Origin: Vulcanimicrobiota bacterium
GTDB lineage: Bacteria; Vulcanimicrobiota; Vulcanimicrobiia; Vulcanimicrobiales; Vulcanimicrobiaceae
Assembly: GCA_963695225.1 (NCBI GenBank)
Contig: OY968762.1
Span: 2,848,001-2,912,000 of the forward strand
Direction: 5' to 3'
DNA: 64,000 nt
The first letter of the stretch is position 1. Each line of letters starts with the position of its first letter. The notes beneath the pieces are model-generated. The model was given only the letters and a program-made list of their open reading frames with translations, ran no database searches and was not told where the DNA came from. The position numbers were made by a program, and so were the translations under genes. Positions 56,903-64,000 of this stretch are shown here, piece after piece.

Positions 56903-59900
56903 ATGGCAGCGGCTAAAGTACGAATTTTCGAGCTGGCGAAAGAGCTCGGTCTCTCCTCGAAGGAGTTGATCGGCCTTTTCGATAGGCTCGGGTTGGAAGC
57001 GAAGAATCAGCTCAGCGTCGTCGACGACAAGATCGCGGACCTCGTCCGCGGCGTCCTCGGCGGGGCCGCAGCGAAGCCCGCACCGGCGGCGAAAGCCCCG
57101 GCGCCCGCCGCCGCCGCCGCGGCCGGCTCGCCGGCCGCCCCCACCGCCTCCGTGGCGGTCGCGGAGCCGCCTCCCGTTCCGCCTGCCCCGCCTGCCGTAG
57201 CTCCCGCTCCCGCCGTTTCGGCCGCGCCCGCCGCAGCTGTTGCGCCGGCGCCCGCCGCGCCCGCTACGCCGCCCCTCGAGCCGCCTGCCGCTCCCGCCCG
57301 TCCGGCCGCTGCCAAGCCCGTCGAGGCGGTCGAAGAGCCGATTCCGACGCTGCGCCCGGTCACGGCGCCGGTGCGCCGTCCCCAACCTCCGAGGACCGAA
57401 GCCCCGGCCGCCGCGGCGCAAACGGCGCCGCCGAACGGATCGGCCGCTCCCGCGGCGCCGCCTGCCGCCGCTTCCGCCCCGCTCCAGGCTCCCGCGACGC
57501 CGCCCAAGCACGCGCCGCGCCCGCAGCCGCAACACCCGGGCGTCGCCGCGAAGGGTCCGCAGCCGCCCGGCGCCCCGGTTGCAGGGAAGGTTCCCCCGGT
57601 TCAACCGCGGCCCCGGCCGCGCCCCTTCACGCCGGCCGCGCCCGTCGTCGAGGCCCCCATTCCGACGTTGCGCCCGGTTCCCCGCGGCCAGTCCTCGATC
57701 GCCCAGCCGCGGCCCGCGGCCCCGCCCCCGCCTCAGGCGCCGCCCGGCGGCATCGCCGCCTCCGCGACCCCCGGCCCCTCGAGCGGCATCCCCGGCCGCC
57801 CGGGCCTCGCGCCGCGACCGGGCCAGCCCGGCGTGCCCGGTCAAGGCTACCAGCCGCGGCCGCTCGCGCCCGGCCAGCCGCGCCCGCCGGCCCGTCCGGG
57901 GCAGCCGCCCGCGCCCGGCCAGCCGGTGCGCCGCCCGATGTCGAACGGGCCGTTCCGTCCCCTTACGCCGCCCGGCCAGCGCCCGCTCACGCCGCGCCCG
58001 CCCGGCGGAACGCCGCTCACGCCCCCGGCCGCCGGCCCCGGCTCTCCGCAGCCGACCTCCGGCGCGCGCCCCGGCGACCGCAAGCACCATCGCGACGACG
58101 GGAGCAAGAAGGATCGCGAAAAGGATATGCTGCTCGAGAAGGAGCGCCAGCGAAAGAAGCGCGGCTCCTTCGACGCGGCCCCCGCGATCGCGCCCGCCAA
58201 GCTCGAAGCGATCGAAATCCCGGACGTCCTGACCGTCCAGGAACTCGCGACCTCGATGATCATTCCGGTGAAAGACGTCATCAAAGAGCTCATCAAGATG
58301 GGCACGATGGCGACGATCAACCAGAACATTCCGGCCAACACGGCGCAAGCGGTCGCGAAGAAGTTCGGCTTCAACGCGGTCGTCAAGGAAGCCGGCGAAC
58401 AGATCGTCGTCGAGCAAGAAGAAGATCAGCCCGGGATGCTCACGGAGCGCCCGCCGGTCGTCACCGTGCTCGGCCACGTCGACCACGGGAAGACGTCGCT
58501 GCTCGACAAGATCCGCCAAGCGAACGTCGCCGCGGGTGAGGCGGGCGGCATCACGCAGCGCATCGGCGCCTACACGGTCGATCACAACGGCCGCAAGATC
58601 ACGTTCATCGATACGCCCGGCCACGAAGCGTTCACCGCAATGCGCGCCCGCGGCGCGAAGGTGACGGACGTGGCGATCCTGGTCGTCGCGGCCGACGACG
58701 GCGTCATGCCGCAAACGAAGGAAGCGATCTCGCACATCCGCGCCGCGCACGTGCCGATCGTCGTCGCCATCAACAAGATCGACAAGGCCGACGCGCAGCC
58801 GGATCGCGTGATGCAGCAGCTCACGGACGAAGGCTTGCAGCCGGTCGCGTGGGGCGGCAAAACGGAAATGGCGCTCGTCTCCGCCCGCAACGGCAAGGGC
58901 ATCGACGAGCTGCTGGAAACGGTCTTGCTCGAAGCCGACCTGCGAGAACTCAAGGCGAACAAGAATCGCCGCGCGAGCGGGGTCGTGATCGAATCCGCGC
59001 TCGATCGCGGGCGCGGCGCCGTCGCGACCGTGCTCGTGCAGAACGGGACGCTGCGCGTCGGCGACGTCGTCGTCGTCGGCGGAACGTTCGGGAAGATCCG
59101 CGCGCTCGTGGACGACAAGGGCAAGCAAGTGAAGAAGGCCGGGCCTTCGATTCCGGTCGAGATCATGGGCTTGCAGGACGTTCCCAGCGCGGGCGACACG
59201 CTGATGGTCGTCACGGACGAGCGCGTCGCGCGCGAAGCGGCCGCGAAGCGTTCGACGAAACGCCGCGACGTGCGCATCGCCGCATCGAGCGGCCCGCGCG
59301 TCTCGCTGGAAAGCTTCATGTCGACGCTCGCCGACGGCGGGCCGAAGACGCTGAACCTCGTGCTCAAGGCCGACGGCCAAGGCGCGGTCGAAGCGCTTCG
59401 CTCGCGGGTGGAGAGCCTCTCGACGGGCGAGGTGGAGATTCGCGTGATCCTCGCCGGCGTCGGCGCGATCACCCCGAACGACGTCAACCTCGCGAGTGCT
59501 TCGAACGCGGTGTTGATCGGCTTCAACATCCGTTCCGACGAGACGGTCAAGCGCCTCGCCGAGAACGAACAGGTCGATCTGCGCTTCTACCAGGTCATCT
59601 ACGACGTCGAGAACGATCTCAAGAAGGCGATGGTCGGCATGCTGGCGCCGACGTTCCGCGAGATCGTGCTCGGCCGCGCGGAGGTCCGCGAGGTGTTCAA
59701 GGTCTCCAAGGTCGGGACGATCGCCGGCTGCTACGTGCAGAGCGGCAAGCTCGTCCGCGGCGCGAAGGTCCGCATCCTGCGGGATTCGGCCGTCATTGCC
59801 GAGAGCGAGATCGAGACGCTGCGGCGCTTCAAGGACGACGTCAAAGAGGTTCAGGAGAATTTCGAATGCGGCGTGCAGGTGGCGAAGTTCGCGGATCTCA

Positions 59901-59965
59901 AGCAGGGCGACGTCATCGAAGCGTTTGCTTCGGAGATGGTCGTTCGGGATTCGGACGCGGCGTAA
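56903..59965 (+). CDS. infB: Translation initiation factor IF-2 with long Pro/Ala-rich N-terminal linker
   Basis: RIFELAKELG, GHVDHGKT, DTPGHEAF, NKID and FECG motifs. Confidence 0.98.
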   Translation: MAAAKVRIFELAKELGLSSKELIGLFDRLGLEAKNQLSVVDDKIADLVRGVLGGAAAKPAPAAKAPAPAAAAAAGSPAAPTASVAVAEPPPVPPAPPAVAPAPAVSAAPAAAVAPAPAAPATPPLEPPAAPARPAAAKPVEAVEEPIPTLRPVTAPVRRPQPPRTEAPAAAAQTAPPNGSAAPAAPPAAASAPLQAPATPPKHAPRPQPQHPGVAAKGPQPPGAPVAGKVPPVQPRPRPRPFTPAAPVVEAPIPTLRPVPRGQSSIAQPRPAAPPPPQAPPGGIAASATPGPSSGIPGRPGLAPRPGQPGVPGQGYQPRPLAPGQPRPPARPGQPPAPGQPVRRPMSNGPFRPLTPPGQRPLTPRPPGGTPLTPPAAGPGSPQPTSGARPGDRKHHRDDGSKKDREKDMLLEKERQRKKRGSFDAAPAIAPAKLEAIEIPDVLTVQELATSMIIPVKDVIKELIKMGTMATINQNIPANTAQAVAKKFGFNAVVKEAGEQIVVEQEEDQPGMLTERPPVVTVLGHVDHGKTSLLDKIRQANVAAGEAGGITQRIGAYTVDHNGRKITFIDTPGHEAFTAMRARGAKVTDVAILVVAADDGVMPQTKEAISHIRAAHVPIVVAINKIDKADAQPDRVMQQLTDEGLQPVAWGGKTEMALVSARNGKGIDELLETVLLEADLRELKANKNRRASGVVIESALDRGRGAVATVLVQNGTLRVGDVVVVGGTFGKIRALVDDKGKQVKKAGPSIPVEIMGLQDVPSAGDTLMVVTDERVAREAAAKRSTKRRDVRIAASSGPRVSLESFMSTLADGGPKTLNLVLKADGQGAVEALRSRVESLSTGEVEIRVILAGVGAITPNDVNLASASNAVLIGFNIRSDETVKRLAENEQVDLRFYQVIYDVENDLKKAMVGMLAPTFREIVLGRAEVREVFKVSKVGTIAGCYVQSGKLVRGAKVRILRDSAVIAESEIETLRRFKDDVKEVQENFECGVQVAKFADLKQGDVIEAFASEMVVRDSDAA

Positions 59966-59971
59966 ATTGGT

Positions 59972-60196
59972 GGGAGTGGCGCACGATCATCGCGGTCATG
60001 CCCAACGGCTGGCCGAGGTGACGGCGCGGTACCCCCGCGGGACCGCTGCTCGTTTTCCCATCCATGGGAAAACGAGCGCTACACCGCTCCTCGCTCCCGC
60101 CCTCCGGGCTCCGCTCGTCGTCGGAGTTCCCGCGGGGGTACCGCGCCGTCACCTCGGCTGTCGTCATGGGAGGCCGGCGGGAAGTGCGCCACTCCC
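59972..60196. repeat. Nested palindromic (REP/MITE-like) intergenic element
   Basis: Perfect inverted repeats of 13 bp (59972-59984/60184-60196), 31 bp (60012-60042/60128-60158) and 14 bp (60048-60061/60064-60077). Confidence 0.92.
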
Positions 60197-60214
60197 GTCT
60201 GTGGGGGGAATGGT

Positions 60215-60625
60215 GTGAAGCAGCAGCGGCAGCAGCGGATCGATCATGAGATTCAGCGGGAGCTGGCTCGGATTATTTCTACGGAGCTCAAGGATCCGCG
60301 GTTGGGGTTCGTTACGGTTACGCGGGTGGAGGTGCAGCAGGATCTGCACGTGGCGAAGGTGTTCGTTTCCATCATTGGGGATCGGCACGTCGCCCGGCAG
60401 AGCATGGATGCGCTGAAGTCGGCGGCGGGGTATATGCGCGGGGAGCTGGGGGCTGCGGTCAAGCTGCGGCATACGCCGGAGCTTGCGTTCGTTGAGGACC
60501 GCACTACGGAGCGCGCGATTGCGCTGAGCCGGACGCTGGCGGCGGCTGCGGCGAAGGATGCGGCGGCTGCCGCTCCTCGCGCCGAGATTGCCGAAGGGCC
60601 TGGGGAAGAGGGATCGCATGATTGA
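60215..60625 (+). CDS. rbfA: Ribosome-binding factor A
   Basis: KDPRLGFVTVTRVEV..DL..AKVFVS and LRHTPELAF motifs. Confidence 0.96.
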   Translation: MKQQRQQRIDHEIQRELARIISTELKDPRLGFVTVTRVEVQQDLHVAKVFVSIIGDRHVARQSMDALKSAAGYMRGELGAAVKLRHTPELAFVEDRTTERAIALSRTLAAAAAKDAAAAAPRAEIAEGPGEEGSHD

Positions 60626-61601
60626 CAGCAAGGCGGTTCGGGCGGCGACGACGGAGCAGGTCGTCGCGGAATTGCGGCGGCGCTCGTCGTTCGTGATGGT
60701 CAGCCACGTGAAGCCGGACGGCGATACGCTGGGCGCGGGGCTGGCGCTCGGGCTCGCGCTGCGCGGCATGGGCAAGCGGGTCGCGTACTTCCAGCAGGAT
60801 CCCGTGCCGCGCAATCTGCGCTTTCTGCCGGATGCGGAGCTCGTCGTACGGCAGCAGGCCCCGGACTTGCCGGCGGATACGCTGTGGGTCTTCTGCGACA
60901 TGAGCGACGCGTCGCGCGCGGGGGAATTCTTGCCGGCGATCGAGCGTGCGAACATGCTCGACATCGACCACCATTTGGGGAACTCGCATTTCGGGGAGCT
61001 CAACTACGTGCTCCCCGAAGAATGTTCGACCGGGACGTGCGTGCTGCGCCTGCTGCGCGCGATGGACGTGCCGATCACGCCCGCGATCGCGACGTGTCTC
61101 TTGACGACGATCATGACCGATACCGGCGGCTTCATCCATAGCAACACTACGGCCCACGTGCTGCGGGAAGCGGCGGATCTGATCGATCTCGGCGCCGACA
61201 AGGAACTGATCACGAACGAGATCTTCGCGAACAAGCGGCTTGCCGCGGTTCGGCTGGTCGGGGAAGCGATGTCGTCCGCGCGGCTCAGCGAGGACGGCCG
61301 CTATTGCTGGGCGGTCGTCGACGAAGCGATGCTCGCGCGCAACGATGCGGACGGCGAAGATACCGAAGAGATCGTGCAGCATCTGCGCTCGATCGAAGGC
61401 GTCGAGGCGGCCGCGTTGTTCAAGGCGTACGACGGGGACGTCCGCGTCAGCCTGCGCAGCAACGGCAAGATCAACGTGCAGGCCGCGGCGGTGCGGCTGG
61501 GCGGCGGCGGGCACTTCCGGGCCGCCGGATTGACGTACGAGGGTCCCGTCGCGGATGCGGTCGAAGCCGTCCGCGCCGCGCTGCATGCAGAGGGTTTGTG
61601 A
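60618..61601 (+). CDS. nrnA: DHH/DHHA1 phosphoesterase (NrnA-like oligoribonuclease/pAp phosphatase)
   Basis: HVKPDGD, IDHH, TDTGGF, SLRS and GGGGHFRAAG motifs. Confidence 0.9.
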   Translation: MIDSKAVRAATTEQVVAELRRRSSFVMVSHVKPDGDTLGAGLALGLALRGMGKRVAYFQQDPVPRNLRFLPDAELVVRQQAPDLPADTLWVFCDMSDASRAGEFLPAIERANMLDIDHHLGNSHFGELNYVLPEECSTGTCVLRLLRAMDVPITPAIATCLLTTIMTDTGGFIHSNTTAHVLREAADLIDLGADKELITNEIFANKRLAAVRLVGEAMSSARLSEDGRYCWAVVDEAMLARNDADGEDTEEIVQHLRSIEGVEAAALFKAYDGDVRVSLRSNGKINVQAAAVRLGGGGHFRAAGLTYEGPVADAVEAVRAALHAEGL

Positions 61602-61634
61602 GGGATTTTTGCGCCGGCCTCTTCGGGATGTAAC

Positions 61635-62498
61635 GTGCTCGGATTCGTCAACGTCTTCAAGCCGGCGGGGCCGACCTCGACTCAAGTAACCGCGCGCGTG
61701 CGCCGGCTCTATTCGGGCGGCGCGAAGGTTGCGGCGGGGCATCTCGGCACGCTCGATCCGATGGCCGCGGGCGTTCTGCCGGTCGCGCTGGGGAAAGCGA
61801 CGCGCTTGATTCCGCTGATCGCAGATACGCGCAAGTCGTACGCGTTCACGGTCGTCTTCGGACGTTCGACCACGACCGCCGACGCCACGGGCGAGACGCT
61901 CGCGCGCGCGCCGGTGCCGGAGGATCTCGGCGAGCGGCTGCGCGCGGCCTTGCCGCAATTCCTCGGGCCGATCGAGCAGATTCCGCCGATGTTCAGCGCG
62001 CTCCATCACGAAGGCCGCCGCCTGTACGAACTCGCTCGCGAGGGGGTGACGGTCGAGCGGAAGGCGCGCCCGATCACGATCTACGGCTTACGGATCATCG
62101 GCATCGAAGGGAACGTCGCGCGCATGGGCGTGGCGTGCAGCGAGGGAACGTACGTGCGCAGCCTCTGCGAGGATCTCGGGCGGGCCGTAGGATCGTGCGC
62201 GCACATGGGCGCGCTCCTGCGCGACGGCGCGGGGCCGTTCATCTTGGCCGAGAGCCGGACGCTCGATGAGATCGCGGAGGATCCCGAGGCCGCGCTGATC
62301 GCGCCCGAATCGATCATTCCGTTCCCGACGATCGTGCTCGACGTGCGGGGAGCGGCGGATTTTCGCGCCGGGCGCGTCGTTCCGCTTCCGACCGGCGCGA
62401 CCGGGAAGCACGTGTTCGTGCGCGACGCGTCGCGCACGCTGGTCGGCGTCGGGGAATCGGTCGGGGTGCTGCTCGCGCCGCGCAAGGTGTTCGTCTGA
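61635..62498 (+). CDS. truB: tRNA pseudouridine(55) synthase
   Basis: GHLGTLDPMAAGVL, QIPPMFSA and CSEGTYVRSL motifs. Confidence 0.97.
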   Translation: MLGFVNVFKPAGPTSTQVTARVRRLYSGGAKVAAGHLGTLDPMAAGVLPVALGKATRLIPLIADTRKSYAFTVVFGRSTTTADATGETLARAPVPEDLGERLRAALPQFLGPIEQIPPMFSALHHEGRRLYELAREGVTVERKARPITIYGLRIIGIEGNVARMGVACSEGTYVRSLCEDLGRAVGSCAHMGALLRDGAGPFILAESRTLDEIAEDPEAALIAPESIIPFPTIVLDVRGAADFRAGRVVPLPTGATGKHVFVRDASRTLVGVGESVGVLLAPRKVFV

Positions 62499-62500
62499 CC

Positions 62501-63448
62501 GTGAAGATCCATCACGCGTTCGAACCGCGCCCCGCCGATGCGCGCCCGTTGGTGCTCGCGATCGGGTTCTTCGACGGTTTCCACTTGGGGCACCGGCAGA
62601 TTCTGCGCACGCTGCTCGAGCAGCGCCGCCCCGGGTATCGCGCGGCGGCGATCACGTTCCAGAATCATCCCGCGCGCTACTTGCGGCCGGGGAGCGAGCC
62701 GCCGCTCATCACGACGTGCGAGGAGCGCGTGAACCTGCTCGCTTCGAGCGGGATCGACGAGCTGTACCTGATCCCGTTCGACGCCTGCCTCGCGAAGGTG
62801 GACGCGCGCGCGTTCCTCGAGGAGACGATCGTCGGCAAACTTCGCGCGCGCGCGCTCGTGTTCGGCGAGAACTTTCGGTTCGGCGCGGGGCGCGCGGGCG
62901 ATCCGGCGCTCGCCCGCGAGGTGCTCGAGGCGCATGGCGTCGCGCTGCACGTCGTTCCGCCGTTCATGCGCGACGGCGACCGCGTCTCGAGCACGCGGGT
63001 TCGGGAAGCGCTCGTCGCGGGCGATCTCGCGACGGCGAACGTGTTGCTCGGCGAGCCGTACACCTTGAGCGGCCGGGTCGTGCTCGGCGAAGGGCGCGGC
63101 CACGACCTCGGCTTTCCGACGGCGAACCTCGCCGTGCCGCCCGGCAAGCTCGTCCCGAAGGACGGCGTCTACGCGATCGTGGCGCGCTACGACGGTCGCG
63201 ATTACAACGGGCTCGCTTCGATCGGCACGAAGCCCACGTTCGAGGGCGTGAACCGCACGATCGAAGCGTGGCTGCTCGATTTCCACCACACGATCTACGG
63301 GCACGAGCTCGTGCTGCGCGATTTCCGCTTCATCCGCGATCAGCGCAAGTTCTCGAGCGTCGACGAACTCGTCGCGCAAATGCACGCCGACGCCGCCCAC
63401 GCGCCGTTCCCCTCGTATAGCGGGACGACGACCCCGCCCGCGGTATGA
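62501..63448 (+). CDS. ribF: Bifunctional riboflavin kinase / FAD synthetase
   Basis: GFFDGFHLGH, VSSTRVR, GFPTAN and IRDQRKF motifs. Confidence 0.96.
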   Translation: MKIHHAFEPRPADARPLVLAIGFFDGFHLGHRQILRTLLEQRRPGYRAAAITFQNHPARYLRPGSEPPLITTCEERVNLLASSGIDELYLIPFDACLAKVDARAFLEETIVGKLRARALVFGENFRFGAGRAGDPALAREVLEAHGVALHVVPPFMRDGDRVSSTRVREALVAGDLATANVLLGEPYTLSGRVVLGEGRGHDLGFPTANLAVPPGKLVPKDGVYAIVARYDGRDYNGLASIGTKPTFEGVNRTIEAWLLDFHHTIYGHELVLRDFRFIRDQRKFSSVDELVAQMHADAAHAPFPSYSGTTTPPAV

Positions 63449-63996
63449 GCGCGAGATTTCGCGCGCTCGCCCTGCGCGTGCTTGGTGCGTCGCGGGATGC
63501 TGCAACGCTCGCGAGGCACGTCGCGGCCTTCGGTATACTTTGCGCGATCGCCGCGGGGGCGCAGCCGGCTTCGGCGGCGTTGCGCCCCGGCGAAGCCGCG
63601 CCCGATTTCACGTTGCCGCGGCTCGCGGGGGGGGCGCTCTCGCTCGCGCAGTATCGCGGGGCGCCGGTGTACTTGAACTTCCTCGCCTCGTGGTGCCCGC
63701 CGTGCAACGACGAAGCGGGTTCCGTCGTCTCGCTCTATCGGAAGTATCACGCGAAGGGCCTCGTGACGATCGGCGTCGACGAGCAAGAAGCGCCTGCTCG
63801 CGGGCTCTCGTTCGTGCGGGCGCACGGCGTTCCGTTCCCCGTCGTCCTCGACGCCGACGGCGCGATGGGCCGCAGCTACGGCCAGATCTCGCTCCCGCTC
63901 CACGTCTTCATCGCGAGATCCGGAAAAGTCAGCCTATGGCGTCTCGGCGAGATGACGCCCGCCGAAATCGAAACGGCGATCCGCGCGATCCTGTAG
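63445..63996 (+). CDS. TlpA/ResA-like thiol-disulfide oxidoreductase
   Basis: APDFTL and NFLASWCPPC motifs with a signal/TM region. Confidence 0.9.
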   Translation: MSARFRALALRVLGASRDAATLARHVAAFGILCAIAAGAQPASAALRPGEAAPDFTLPRLAGGALSLAQYRGAPVYLNFLASWCPPCNDEAGSVVSLYRKYHAKGLVTIGVDEQEAPARGLSFVRAHGVPFPVVLDADGAMGRSYGQISLPLHVFIARSGKVSLWRLGEMTPAEIETAIRAIL

Positions 63997-64000
63997 CGGT

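Noticed and set aside
56846..59380. Long antisense ORFs opposite infB, pyk, recN and the CoA-transferase
   Set aside because: Typical high-GC antisense shadows with no recognisable domains.

Overview
High-GC bacterial chromosomal window; the gene content and style suggest a Terrabacteria lineage such as Eremiobacterota, but that is inference only. (1) About 1-9 kb is an accessory block: a partial SpoIIAA-like gene, a hipBA-type toxin-antitoxin pair, a (CCCGAT)/(CCCCGAT) microsatellite, a SulP transporter, secreted proteins, a nitrilase, an orphan DUF2442 gene and a beta-carbonic anhydrase. (2) About 9.1-38.3 kb is a Wzy-type exo/capsular polysaccharide island built partly from duplicated modules: two priming sugar transferases plus a decayed third copy, two UDP-GlcA decarboxylases, two Wzc-like systems and three tandem clan GH-A-like lipoproteins. 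A bipartite motif recurs five times upstream of its + strand operons. (3) About 38.5-46.9 kb holds an esterase, a cytochrome c, a glycosyltransferase / radical SAM / epimerase operon, a Uma2 nuclease, a CoA-transferase and an RHH antitoxin with a broken Doc toxin. (4) About 46.9-64 kb is core genome: tlyA-nadK-recN, a GT4, an LCP, pyk, and rimP-nusA-ylxR-infB-rbfA-nrnA-truB-ribF-TlpA. The most unusual signals are a ~225-bp nested palindromic element between infB and rbfA with a strand-specific C/A-depletion halo in the neighbouring codons, the repeated EPS promoter motif, and the GT-radical SAM-epimerase operon. All calls come from reading the sequence and recognising motifs; no database searches were run.
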